This document shows positions 29,512 to 38,340 of a DNA stretch of 64,000 nucleotides, in pieces (the stretch's first letter is position 1; each line of letters begins with the position of its first letter). The stretch covers positions 15,231 through 79,230 of the forward strand of contig CAJWIX010000001.1 of the NCBI GenBank assembly GCA_913042175.1, given 5' to 3'. This DNA comes from an uncultured Flavobacteriales bacterium (lineage in GTDB: Bacteria > Bacteroidota > Bacteroidia > Flavobacteriales_D > Parvicellaceae). The position numbers were made by a program, and so were the translations under genes. The notes under the pieces are model-generated. The model saw only the letters and a program-made list of their open reading frames with translations, was not told the origin of the DNA and ran no database searches.

Positions 29512-31911
29512 TTATCTAAATAAAGATAAATTTCCTTTGTAGATTTTTTGAGTGAAAATGCCGTTGTCATAGGCGTTAATGTCAATAAAATAGTAGTAAG
29601 TACCATCTGGTGCTATTTGTCCAGAGCTTAATCTTCCATCCCATGCATTGCTAAAGTTGGTTTTAAAAACTACTTCACCCCATCTGTTGAAAATGGTAGT
29701 GCTATTCATGATAAAACTAGTGCCAGATATATAGAACCCGTCATTATTACCATCATTATTTGGTGTGAAAACGTTAGGTATATTAATAGTAAAAGGCTCT
29801 GTGAAGCAAGTGTCTAAAGTTATTGTTACTTGATGAGTATCTTCACAATTATTAGAATCGGTTCCGACAACTGTATATGTTGCATTATAAGTTGGTGTGA
29901 AAAAAGTGCTATCAATTATATTATCACTCCATGAGTAGGTTGTTGCTCCAATACCATAGATTAAAATAGAGCTGTCTTGGCAAATTGAAGTGTCCCCAAT
30001 GTTTATGCCAACATTAGGAGTGTTATTTACAGTAAGGACATAACTTGTTATGGAATCACAATTATTTATTGAGGTTAAAATCTCCATTTGGTTTCCTCCA
30101 AAATTATAGGTTAAACCATTCCAAGTATAAGGTAATTCAGAAGAGCAAATGGTGTCAAATTGATAATTAAAGTAAGATGGGTATACTGTAAGGTCTAAAT
30201 TAATTGTGGAATCACATCCAAATATATTTTGAGTTACAAATTGTGCTGAGTTATTGGAAGCATAATAGGTTTGGCCATTGATCCAACTTAATGAGTCACA
30301 AGTGTTTTGTAAGTCAGTTGAATTTGATGAACTATATATGGTAAGGTCCAAGGAAATAACACTGTCACATCCATTTTGACTAGATAAAGTAAGAGTAGGA
30401 GTGTTTGTTGAAGAAGTGTAGGTTACACCATCAATCCAAGTATAATTATCGCAAGATGTAATTTGATCAGTAGTAGCAGAAGAACTGTTGATGGTTAAAT
30501 TAAGGGTAATGATGCTATCACATCCAGATTGATTTGTGATTGAAAAAGTAGGAGTGTTAGTTGATGTGGTATAGGTTATACCATCAATCCAAGTGTAGCT
30601 ATTGCAACTTGTTTGAACATCCGTTTGGTAACTATCATAGTTTATGGTTAAATCTAGGTTAACAACACTATCACAACCACCTGAAGATGGTATTGTGATA
30701 GAAGCAGAATTATTAGATGTAGTATAAGTAACGCCATTAATCCAAGTATAGTTGTTGCAACTGCTAATTGTATCTGTTGATGTTCCGCCTGTATTTACAC
30801 TAACCAAAACATTATCCGAGTCTGTACATCCACCATTATCAATAGTTGCAGTATAGGTAGTAGAATTATTTGGAGATACTGAATTATTATAAGTAGTCAC
30901 GCCATTACTCCATGATATATTTCCTAAGTAATAAATTTTAAAATTTAACAACCCTCCATTGTCACCATATTGAGTATCTGTAAAGCTAAATGTATAGTTA
31001 GATCCCCCATTAAATATCATTTGATAGGTGTGGTTTGCTAAGTCTAATTGTGTTGGGATTTGGGCATAATTTTGTGGATGGACATTGTTCCATTTCCAAA
31101 CTACTCCAGCAGACCAAGTATAATTATTGTACCACCCACTACCAAAGAAAGCATCTCTAGTCTCATTAGTTGATCCATAAAAGGTCCCAGAAACTATGAC
31201 GTAGTATACACCGGGTAAAGTAGTATTTGTTGTAGTGTGTGAAAAAGCACTATTAAATGTCATATCAAATTCTTCTGCTAGAATTCCGCCATATGCTGTA
31301 TCAATAGTTAGTTCTGTTGTAGTTCCTGCACATAGATTTACATCATCAGATACAACAATATGTGGATTGTTATTAAGACTTAAATAGAATTCACATTGTG
31401 AAGATCCACTATTTACACTTGCGTCAAACATGATTTGTTCAACACAACCCATCACAGTGACATCAATAGTTGCAGAAATGTCATTAGAAGCTGCGCCAAA
31501 AAGTTCATTGCTTTCAAAACTCAATACATTACTCATGTTTTGATAAGGTACCCAATCTCCATCTTGCACAACTGAGTTTATATTGTTTCCAGTCAAACCC
31601 TGAAGAGTTCCTGTTATAAATCCATTATTTATGTTAGCATTACTTAAACTACTTGTCGTATTGTATGTACCACCAAGAATCACTTGTGGAGTATTAGTTG
31701 ACGATAAAAAAGATAGAGTAAATCCATAAAAAGTAAGATCTAATGTCCCTAATTCAATGTTAAAATCAAGATTATATGTAATACTTCCATCGGGGTTCAA
31801 TGTCTGACTATTCAAAGTGATAGAACTTAGATTGCAACAAATCGAATGGAAGGGTAAAAAACAAACCAAGATAATGGTTAAGTAGATATATTTTAGTTTG
31901 GCAAAAAACAT
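29512..31911 (-). CDS. T9SS type B sorting-domain secreted protein with five tandem two-Cys repeats
   Basis: Signal peptide, 799 aa. C-terminus: [20 protein letters not shown]...[10 protein letters not shown]...AWDGRLSSG...PDGTYYYF. The last ~150 aa are paralogous to 26010-27770. Confidence 0.8.
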   Translation of the reverse strand: MFFAKLKYIYLTIILVCFLPFHSICCNLSSITLNSQTLNPDGSITYNLDFNIELGTLDLTFYGFTLSFLSSTNTPQVILGGTYNTTSSLSNANINNGFITGTLQGLTGNNINSVVQDGDWVPYQNMSNVLSFESNELFGAASNDISATIDVTVMGCVEQIMFDASVNSGSSQCEFYLSLNNNPHIVVSDDVNLCAGTTTELTIDTAYGGILAEEFDMTFNSAFSHTTTNTTLPGVYYVIVSGTFYGSTNETRDAFFGSGWYNNYTWSAGVVWKWNNVHPQNYAQIPTQLDLANHTYQMIFNGGSNYTFSFTDTQYGDNGGLLNFKIYYLGNISWSNGVTTYNNSVSPNNSTTYTATIDNGGCTDSDNVLVSVNTGGTSTDTISSCNNYTWINGVTYTTSNNSASITIPSSGGCDSVVNLDLTINYDSYQTDVQTSCNSYTWIDGITYTTSTNTPTFSITNQSGCDSIITLNLTINSSSATTDQITSCDNYTWIDGVTYTSSTNTPTLTLSSQNGCDSVISLDLTIYSSSNSTDLQNTCDSLSWINGQTYYASNNSAQFVTQNIFGCDSTINLDLTVYPSYFNYQFDTICSSELPYTWNGLTYNFGGNQMEILTSINNCDSITSYVLTVNNTPNVGINIGDTSICQDSSILIYGIGATTYSWSDNIIDSTFFTPTYNATYTVVGTDSNNCEDTHQVTITLDTCFTEPFTINIPNVFTPNNDGNNDGFYISGTSFIMNSTTIFNRWGEVVFKTNFSNAWDGRLSSGQIAPDGTYYYFIDINAYDNGIFTQKIYKGNLSLFR
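30022..30762 (-). repeat. five tandem coding repeats of about 51 aa (about 153 nt)
   Basis: aa 384-630. Units follow SC(N/D)xYTWI(D/N)G(V/I)TYT(T/S)S(T/N)N...GCDS(V/I)(V/I)xL(D/N)LTI, with the fourth and fifth units more diverged. Confidence 0.8.
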
Positions 31912-31922
31912 AAATTCAACTC

Positions 31923-31930
31923 CAAATTTA
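31923..31930 (-). promoter_or_regulatory. -7 box TAAATTTG upstream of the 799-aa gene
   Basis: The minus strand reads TAAATTTG, then 11 nt, then ATG 31911. Confidence 0.45.
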
Positions 31931-32007
31931 TTTAAAGAGTTTTATTTCGCAAAAATAAATTATGATAAGTTTTTATTTTACCAACAATGCAAAAAGTAGT
32001 TTTTTAT

Positions 32008-32889
32008 TTACGCTACTGGTGAAAGTACTTTATTTGGAAATGTTCCAATTTCATCAATGTTGTAACCTTTAGGATAAGTAGGTCTTTTTTTAGTGGTACC
32101 ATAGACTGGTTTCTTTTTGTCTCCAATTAAGCTCATAAACCACATCCTAAGTTGTAACAAAATCATAACAAATGCTTTTAAAATAGGGTTTGGCTGTTTG
32201 AAGCCCATAGCATTAATCAAAGTATCATCCATTAGACAATTGGTGATTGGTCTGCCCAAAAAAGCCAATTGCTTTGGCACAAAAAAACTGATTAACAAAT
32301 CTCTTGTATAGTTGGCTACCTCTCTGTTGCTTTTTGCGTATTTAAAATTATCTTTTTCGTATTTCAAATGAAATGCCTTGAATTCTCTGTAATCTTCTGG
32401 AATATTTTTTATGCCCATGTTTTTGCCTACTTCTCTAAAGAAATAAAAAATGGCTCTTTTTTCTTTTCTTGTTGGTTTTCTCCATGCAAATCTATCCAGC
32501 CAAAAAATTGGTATAAAAATAAATGTGCTCAAAACATATAAAAAATCATCATTGTCTATAGAATAGGCCCCATGCATAGAGTTCATTCTTTTAAAAGCCT
32601 TTTGAGCTCTTTCACTATTGTATCCATTCTCAATAATTTCATACATGATTAGTTCAGTATCATCATATCTTTTTCTTGTTCTATTTTTGAATTCACCTGT
32701 ACTGGCTAATAGTCTAGATATACTTGGAACAGCAAATGTTCTAAAAAAACCAAATTCAAGAGAACGTTCTATGTCATATGGAAAACAATGACATGCGATT
32801 AGATAAACAATACGTTCATGATCTTTAACAGGGTCTAATTGTTCAATTTCTTTTGTTATTTCTCTTCTTTTTAAATAATTAAGCAGCAT
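32008..32889 (-). CDS. MpaB/DUF2236-family oxygenase-like protein
   Basis: 293 aa. The ERSLEFGFFRTFAVPSISRLL...RYDDTELIMYEI...FKRMNSMHG pattern resembles the DUF2236 family. This is recognised from memory only. Confidence 0.55.
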   Translation of the reverse strand: MLLNYLKRREITKEIEQLDPVKDHERIVYLIACHCFPYDIERSLEFGFFRTFAVPSISRLLASTGEFKNRTRKRYDDTELIMYEIIENGYNSERAQKAFKRMNSMHGAYSIDNDDFLYVLSTFIFIPIFWLDRFAWRKPTRKEKRAIFYFFREVGKNMGIKNIPEDYREFKAFHLKYEKDNFKYAKSNREVANYTRDLLISFFVPKQLAFLGRPITNCLMDDTLINAMGFKQPNPILKAFVMILLQLRMWFMSLIGDKKKPVYGTTKKRPTYPKGYNIDEIGTFPNKVLSPVA

Positions 32890-32936
32890 ATTAATTTTAT
32901 TGTGCAGGCAATATATTTAAAAAAATGATAATTAGT

Positions 32937-32993
32937 AAACACTTGAGACTTATGCTGTTAACAATTGAGATGGCTAATTGTTGAAAAGTGTTT
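32937..32993. promoter_or_regulatory. nested inverted repeat in a divergent intergenic region
   Basis: Outer arms AAACACTT (32937-32944) and AAGTGTTT (32986-32993). Inner arms AACAATT (32960-32966) and AATTGTT (32976-32982) with a 9-nt loop. Confidence 0.3.
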
Positions 32994-33061
32994 TAAAAAA
33001 TCTAAAATTGAACCTGTTTATTTTACTTTAATTAAATGTATTTTTCAGAAAATTCAATACT

Positions 33062-33229
33062 ATGAGCACAGCAGAAATACAATCTAAAATTGATGATTTA
33101 AAATCAAAATTATCAGGTGATATGATGAAAGATATGGAGATAAGAGATCAAATTCATAATCTTGAAATGACCATTAATGGAGTTAAGCCAGAAGATTCAC
33201 ATTTTGATTGTATTGGTTGCGGTTCGTAG
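33062..33229 (+). CDS. small hypothetical protein (55 aa), not in the ORF track
   Basis: Own translation: MSTAEIQSKIDDLKSKLSGDMMKDMEIRDQIHNLEMTINGVKPEDSHFDCIGCGS. It fills an otherwise empty gap and ends 2 nt before the convergent mnmE stop. Confidence 0.4.
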   Translation: MSTAEIQSKIDDLKSKLSGDMMKDMEIRDQIHNLEMTINGVKPEDSHFDCIGCGS

Positions 33230-33231
33230 GA

Positions 33232-34587
33232 TTATTTGCCAATACAGAAATTAGCAAAAATATTTCCTAATAATTCGTCAGATGATATCTCACCTGTTAT
33301 GGTGCCAATATGGTGCAGTGACTGACGTATATCCATGGCTATAAATTCACCACTTGATTTGTTATTTAATCCATCTCTTACCTTGGATAAATCAGCAATG
33401 CTTAGCTGAATAGCTTCAAGGTGTCTGGCGTTAGTAAGAATAACGCCCTCATGATTTTCAGCTAAAGAAGAAAATAAATCCAAAACTTTGCTCTTGACTT
33501 TTTCAATGTCTTCCTTATTAGTTGCACTTATGTTCAGGTGTTGCTTAAATTTGACATTATTAACTAAATCGATTTTATTGGCGATTATAAGCTTTGGAAT
33601 AGCCACTTTTTGAAATGCCAATAAATCTTGTTCAACTTCCTCTAAAGCAGTAGTTGAAGCATCGTACACATAGACAAGAATTGATGCTCTTTCAACCATT
33701 GACAGCGTTCTTTCAACTCCCATTTTTTCTACTTTATCTTTAGTTTCTCTAATACCTGCCGTATCTATAAATTTAAATTCAATTCCATTGATGATAGATG
33801 ACTCTTCAATAGTGTCTCTTGTTGTTCCGGGGATGTCTGAAACTAAAGCTCTATCATCATCAATTAAATTATTTAGCAAAGTGGATTTACCAGCATTAGG
33901 TCTACCTAAAATAACAACTGGAACCCCATTTTTTATGGCATTACCGTAGTTAAATGATTGTTTTAGTTTTTCTAAGTTTTGGATAATGGTTTCTATCAAA
34001 GATTGTAGCTGATCTCTGTCTGCAAATTCCACATCTTCTTCTGAAAAATCTAACTCCAGTTCTACCAAAGAGGCTAACTCAATTAATTTTGTTCTAAGGA
34101 TTGATAACTCATTAGCGAACCCACCTTTCATTTGGTTTAATGCAATGTCATGAGCAGATTTTGATTTCGCATGAATTAAATCGGCAATGGCTTCAGTTTG
34201 AGTTAAATCCATTTTACCATTGATAAATGCTTTTTGAGAAAACTCACCTGGTTTAGCTATACGTGCACCATTTTCAATAAGAAGAAGTAGGATTTCTTGT
34301 TGAATGTAAGTTGAACCATGACAGGAAATTTCAACAACGTCCTCACCCGTAAAAGACTTGGGAGATTTGAATATAGATACAACTACTTGGTCAATATCAT
34401 GGTTGTTTTTGATAATCTTTCCATAGTGTAAAGAATAACCTTTTGCCTTAGATATTTCTTTAGAAAAAATAGTATTTACAATTTGAATAGCATCAGGACC
34501 AGAAACCCTAACTACTGCTATACCTCCAAATCCAGGAGGAGTAGATATGGCACAAATATTGTCATTGATACTATCTGAATGTAACAT
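33232..34587 (-). CDS. mnmE: tRNA modification GTPase MnmE
   Basis: G1 GRPNAGKST, DTAGIRE, NKIDL and the C-terminal FCIGK motif. 451 aa. Confidence 0.93.
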   Translation of the reverse strand: MLHSDSINDNICAISTPPGFGGIAVVRVSGPDAIQIVNTIFSKEISKAKGYSLHYGKIIKNNHDIDQVVVSIFKSPKSFTGEDVVEISCHGSTYIQQEILLLLIENGARIAKPGEFSQKAFINGKMDLTQTEAIADLIHAKSKSAHDIALNQMKGGFANELSILRTKLIELASLVELELDFSEEDVEFADRDQLQSLIETIIQNLEKLKQSFNYGNAIKNGVPVVILGRPNAGKSTLLNNLIDDDRALVSDIPGTTRDTIEESSIINGIEFKFIDTAGIRETKDKVEKMGVERTLSMVERASILVYVYDASTTALEEVEQDLLAFQKVAIPKLIIANKIDLVNNVKFKQHLNISATNKEDIEKVKSKVLDLFSSLAENHEGVILTNARHLEAIQLSIADLSKVRDGLNNKSSGEFIAMDIRQSLHHIGTITGEISSDELLGNIFANFCIGK

Positions 34588-34591
34588 TCTA

Positions 34592-34599
34592 CAAATATA
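34592..34599 (-). promoter_or_regulatory. -7 box TATATTTG only 4 nt upstream of the mnmE ATG
   Basis: The minus strand reads TATATTTG-TAGA-ATG. Confidence 0.4.
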
Positions 34600-34646
34600 T
34601 GTGTCTTTTTATGTCTAGTTATGGATAAACTACTAATTTTATTGCA

Positions 34647-35732
34647 GTGAAAATGGCTAATTTTATATTGATTTTTTTTTGTGGTGTAACATCTTTTGCC
34701 CAAAATGATCAAAAATTCACTATAAAAGGAGCAAAGTCTGTAGATGATTTAGGTTATGTCTCTAAAAGAAAGGCGGTTGATTGTAATAAAGAATTGGAAT
34801 GGGAAGAGGGGAGTACAGTTGTTTTTCATAAAAGATCTAGAAAACCATATACGGGGACATGTGTGTCTTATTTTGATAACAAACAACTAGAAAGAAGTAT
34901 CAATTTTGTTTTAGGGAAAGAAAATGGGGAATGTTTTACTTATTACAAAAATGGTCAAGTAAAAATAAAATCTGTTTATGTAGAGGGTGTTGAAGATGGC
35001 ACTTGGGGATATTGGTATGAAAATGGTCAAGTAGCTTGGGGTAACTCCTATGATATGGGTTTAAAAACTGGGGAGTGGTTGTATTTTCAAGAAGATGGTA
35101 AACCATCCAAAACATTAAATTATAAAGATGATGTATTTGATGGTGATCAATCCTATTTTCATAAAAATGGTAAGCTAAAGAAGAAAATCAGTTATAAAAA
35201 AGGAGTTCTGGATGGTGAATATTTAACCTACTACGAAGACAGTACTGTTAAAATGAAAAAAGAGTACAAAAATGGTGTAGTTAATGGAGATGAATTTTAT
35301 TATCACGAAAATGGTCAATTGTCGTTTGAAAAGCACTGGAATGATGGTCAAGAAAAGGGTAGGTGGGAATATTTTTACCCCAATGGTCAATTAAAAATAG
35401 CAGGAGCTTGGAAAGATGGATTAAGGGATGGAAAATGGGAATATTACATGGAAAATGGTAATAAAGAAGTTTTTGTGTTGTATAGTAAAGGCAGAGAGTG
35501 GATGGTATTAGATTTTGATCGATTTGGTGTTCCAAAAAATAATGATGACGTCAAAAAGTTTGACGACATGCTTAAAAACAAAGATGATTTAGAAGCTGGA
35601 GAGACTAAGAAAGGCAAAAGAAAGTTAAAAAGAAGAAAAAGGAAAGAGGAGAAAAAGAAAAAGAAAGAAGCCAAAAAGAAGGCTAAAGAACAAGCTGCAA
35701 AAGAAAACACCAAAAAGGAAAAGGATGAATAA
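34647..35732 (+). CDS. secreted MORN-variant (YwqK-like) repeat protein with a Lys-rich C-terminal tail
   Basis: Signal peptide (MK)MANFILIFFCGVTSFAQ. Repeated G.W.Y(Y/F)..NGQ modules. Tail: KKGKRKLKRRKRKEEKKKKKEAKKKAKEQAAKENTKKEKDE. GTG at 34647 or ATG at 34653. Confidence 0.75.
   Translation: MKMANFILIFFCGVTSFAQNDQKFTIKGAKSVDDLGYVSKRKAVDCNKELEWEEGSTVVFHKRSRKPYTGTCVSYFDNKQLERSINFVLGKENGECFTYYKNGQVKIKSVYVEGVEDGTWGYWYENGQVAWGNSYDMGLKTGEWLYFQEDGKPSKTLNYKDDVFDGDQSYFHKNGKLKKKISYKKGVLDGEYLTYYEDSTVKMKKEYKNGVVNGDEFYYHENGQLSFEKHWNDGQEKGRWEYFYPNGQLKIAGAWKDGLRDGKWEYYMENGNKEVFVLYSKGREWMVLDFDRFGVPKNNDDVKKFDDMLKNKDDLEAGETKKGKRKLKRRKRKEEKKKKKEAKKKAKEQAAKENTKKEKDE
35627..35670 (+). repeat. uninterrupted 44-nt homopurine tract inside a purine-rich stretch of about 120 nt
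   Basis: Every base from 35627 to 35670 is A or G on the plus strand. It encodes the poly-Lys/Glu tail. Confidence 0.85.
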
Positions 35733-36324
35733 ACTACCTGTAATGGAACAATTTCTAACGTTACAAGGTGAGGGATACCACACTGGTAGATCAGCCATTT
35801 TTATTCGTTTGGGCGGGTGTGATGTTGGTTGTGTTTGGTGCGATGTAAAAGAAAGTTGGGATGAATCAAAACATCCAAGTATAGAAATCAGTGAAATAAT
35901 GGAGGGTATATCATCCTATTCCACAGATTTTGTGGTGATTACTGGTGGCGAGCCAACATTGCATAATTTAAATCCTCTAATAAGAGCACTAAAGGATGAC
36001 CAAAAATATATTGCTATTGAAACAGCTGGAACAAATCCCCTTCCGGATGGATTAGATTGGGTTTGTTTTAGTCCAAAAAAATTTAAAAAACCTCTAGATG
36101 ATATATATGATTTAGTGGATGAGCTTAAAGTTGTTATATATCATCCAAGTGATTTACAATGGGCAAAAGAGCATGCCAAAAAAATTAATAAAAAAGCAGA
36201 ATTATATATTCAACCAGAATGGTCAAAAGCTGACGAGCATATGAGTGTTATGTTAGATTTTTTGAACGAAAATCCCAACTGGAAATTATCATTGCAAACG
36301 CATAAGTTTTTAAATATTCCATGA
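35725..36324 (+). CDS. queE: 7-carboxy-7-deazaguanine synthase (radical SAM)
   Basis: LTLQGEGYHTG and the Cys triad CDVGCVWC. 199 aa. The start lies inside the 3' end of the upstream gene; an alternative ATG lies 18 nt downstream. Confidence 0.85.
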   Translation: MNKLPVMEQFLTLQGEGYHTGRSAIFIRLGGCDVGCVWCDVKESWDESKHPSIEISEIMEGISSYSTDFVVITGGEPTLHNLNPLIRALKDDQKYIAIETAGTNPLPDGLDWVCFSPKKFKKPLDDIYDLVDELKVVIYHPSDLQWAKEHAKKINKKAELYIQPEWSKADEHMSVMLDFLNENPNWKLSLQTHKFLNIP

Positions 36325-38318
36325 TGCCACTACTAAAATACATTTTAATTTTTCTTCTTTTCTGTCAATTTAGCTCCTGTACGGTAGCTCAGACAAGATT
36401 GTATAGTTCTACTAATAAGAAGGCCATTAAAAATTATGAAAAAGCATTAATGTGTTTTAACACCATAAATCCTGTTAGTGGAAAAGGAGATTTAAAAGGG
36501 GCTGAGCAATATTTGAAAAAAGCGATTGGTAAAGATTCTTCTTTTCATGAAGCTTACAGCCTTTATTCCAATGTAGCTTTAGAAAAAGGAGATATTGAAA
36601 ATGGCATTTATTACAGAAAGAAGATGATGGAAAAAAATGCCAATGTGCCTTTAGTAGAATATTATTTCCTCGCTGGTATGCAAATGGCTACAGGAGATTA
36701 TAAGGGTTGCTTAAGAAATGCCAGAAAATACAATGAATCACCCCTTGCAAATAAGAATGCGTTAATCAACATCAATCGAATGATTGAAAATTGTGTTTTT
36801 GCGCTAAAAGCTTTGGAAAATAAAAGTGATTTAGAACCTATTAACTTGGGTGATGGCGTAAATTCAGCTATGCCCGAATATTTTCCATCTGTAACTGCGG
36901 ATGATTCTACATTGCTTTTTACAAGAATGATTAATGATGAACGTGCTCCATTGGGGACAAAACAGGAAGATATTTTTGTTTCTCAAAGAGTTGATGACCA
37001 ATGGACCGATGGATTTTCAATTAGTGATAATATTAATTCGTCCTACAATGAAGGTGCTCCTACTTTTAGTAGCGATGGTCAGTACATTATTTTTGTTGGT
37101 TGTGAGACGGGCGCAAAAGGCGATTATGAATATGGGTATGGTAGAAAAGGTTATGGCAGTTGTGATTTGTTTTATAGTCAAAAAATTGGAGATGAATGGT
37201 CATCTCCTGTCAATTTAGGTCCACCGATAAATTCTCGTCATTGGGAAACTCAGCCTTCCTTTTCATCTGATGGAAAAACCTTATACTTTGTTAGAGGGTT
37301 GACTTACGATAGACAACGAAGAAATCCCGATGATCAAGATATTTTCTATTCAGAAATTACACCAGATGGATGGTCTAAACCCAAGAGATTGCCAAAGAAT
37401 ATCAATACACCATTTAGAGAGGAATCTGTACAAATTCATCCAGATGGAAAAACCTTATATTTTTCTAGCAATGGTCATCCTGGTATGGGCGGACTTGATA
37501 TTTTTATGTCTCGTAAACAAGTTGATGGTAGTTGGTCAGATCCAATAAATTTAGGCTATCCACTTAATACATATGTAGATGAGAACTCACTGCTAGTTTC
37601 ATCCGATGGGGAGTTAGGTTATTTTGCTTCCAATAGGGAAGGGGGCTATGGAAGTTTAGATATTTATTCTTTTAAGTTAGATAGTAATGTAATGCCCTTG
37701 CCAATAACTTTTCTAAAGGGCCTTACATACGATGAAGAAACAAATAAACCAATTCCAGCTCATTTTCAATTAACAGCTTTGAACACTGGAAATGTAATTT
37801 CAGAAATTAATGCAAATCAAGGTGATGGTTCTTTTCTAATAACACTTCCACAACAAAATGATTTGGCATTTCATGCTGAATATGAAGGATATGTTTTGGT
37901 GTCAAAAAATTTTACTATTGATCAGTTGGAATTGACAGACGAAGGTTATTTGTTAGACATACCAATGAGTAAAATTAAGCCTGGTACATTTGTTCTTGAA
38001 AATATATTTTTTGAAGTCAATAAATTTGAATTACAACCTGCTTCTATTACTGAACTAGAAAAGGTGTATAAAATGTTGGATTTGAATAAAGATATTGAAG
38101 TAGAAATAAGTGGTCATACGGATAGTGATGGTAATGATCAAGATAATATGGTACTATCTGAAAATAGAGCCCAAGCCGTAGTAGATTGGTTGGTGGAAAA
38201 AGGTATCTCATCTAGCCGATTATCTTTCAAAGGTTATGGAGAAACTAAACCCATTGTTGATAATTCTTCAAAAGAAAATAAGGCTAAAAACAGAAGAACA
38301 GAGCTAACCATAAAATAA
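36321..38318 (+). CDS. OmpA-family protein with TPR and TolB-like (WD40/PD40) repeats
   Basis: Signal/lipobox FSSC. Repeated P.FS.DG..L(Y)F segments. C-terminal OmpA domain (ISGHTDSDGNDQDNMVLSENRAQAV...NRRTEL). Confidence 0.8.
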   Translation: MMPLLKYILIFLLFCQFSSCTVAQTRLYSSTNKKAIKNYEKALMCFNTINPVSGKGDLKGAEQYLKKAIGKDSSFHEAYSLYSNVALEKGDIENGIYYRKKMMEKNANVPLVEYYFLAGMQMATGDYKGCLRNARKYNESPLANKNALININRMIENCVFALKALENKSDLEPINLGDGVNSAMPEYFPSVTADDSTLLFTRMINDERAPLGTKQEDIFVSQRVDDQWTDGFSISDNINSSYNEGAPTFSSDGQYIIFVGCETGAKGDYEYGYGRKGYGSCDLFYSQKIGDEWSSPVNLGPPINSRHWETQPSFSSDGKTLYFVRGLTYDRQRRNPDDQDIFYSEITPDGWSKPKRLPKNINTPFREESVQIHPDGKTLYFSSNGHPGMGGLDIFMSRKQVDGSWSDPINLGYPLNTYVDENSLLVSSDGELGYFASNREGGYGSLDIYSFKLDSNVMPLPITFLKGLTYDEETNKPIPAHFQLTALNTGNVISEINANQGDGSFLITLPQQNDLAFHAEYEGYVLVSKNFTIDQLELTDEGYLLDIPMSKIKPGTFVLENIFFEVNKFELQPASITELEKVYKMLDLNKDIEVEISGHTDSDGNDQDNMVLSENRAQAVVDWLVEKGISSSRLSFKGYGETKPIVDNSSKENKAKNRRTELTIK

Positions 38319-38340
38319 TTGTTTATTTTTACGGCTCTTA

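Noticed and set aside
30022-30762. Regularly spaced DNA repeats that could be mistaken for a CRISPR-like or satellite array
   Set aside because: The period (about 153 nt) is in frame within a continuous 799-aa ORF, and the units translate into a protein repeat. There is no spacer/repeat structure and there are no cas genes.
34672-34680. T9 homopolymer in the signal-peptide codons of the MORN protein as a possible phase-variation switch
   Set aside because: Runs of this length are common in a genome this AT-rich (for example the A9 at 25855-25863 and the T-run near 48150). Without population data there is no evidence of slippage.
34518-34712. 64-aa minus-strand ORF overlapping the mnmE start and the MORN gene start
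   Set aside because: It would require transcription through the divergent promoter region. It overlaps two supported genes, and the mnmE -7 box lies inside it.
35281-35713. Minus-strand ORFs (84 and 89 aa) opposite the MORN gene tail
   Set aside because: They are translations of the homopyrimidine complement (poly-Phe/Ser/Leu) and are artefacts of the Lys-rich coding tract.
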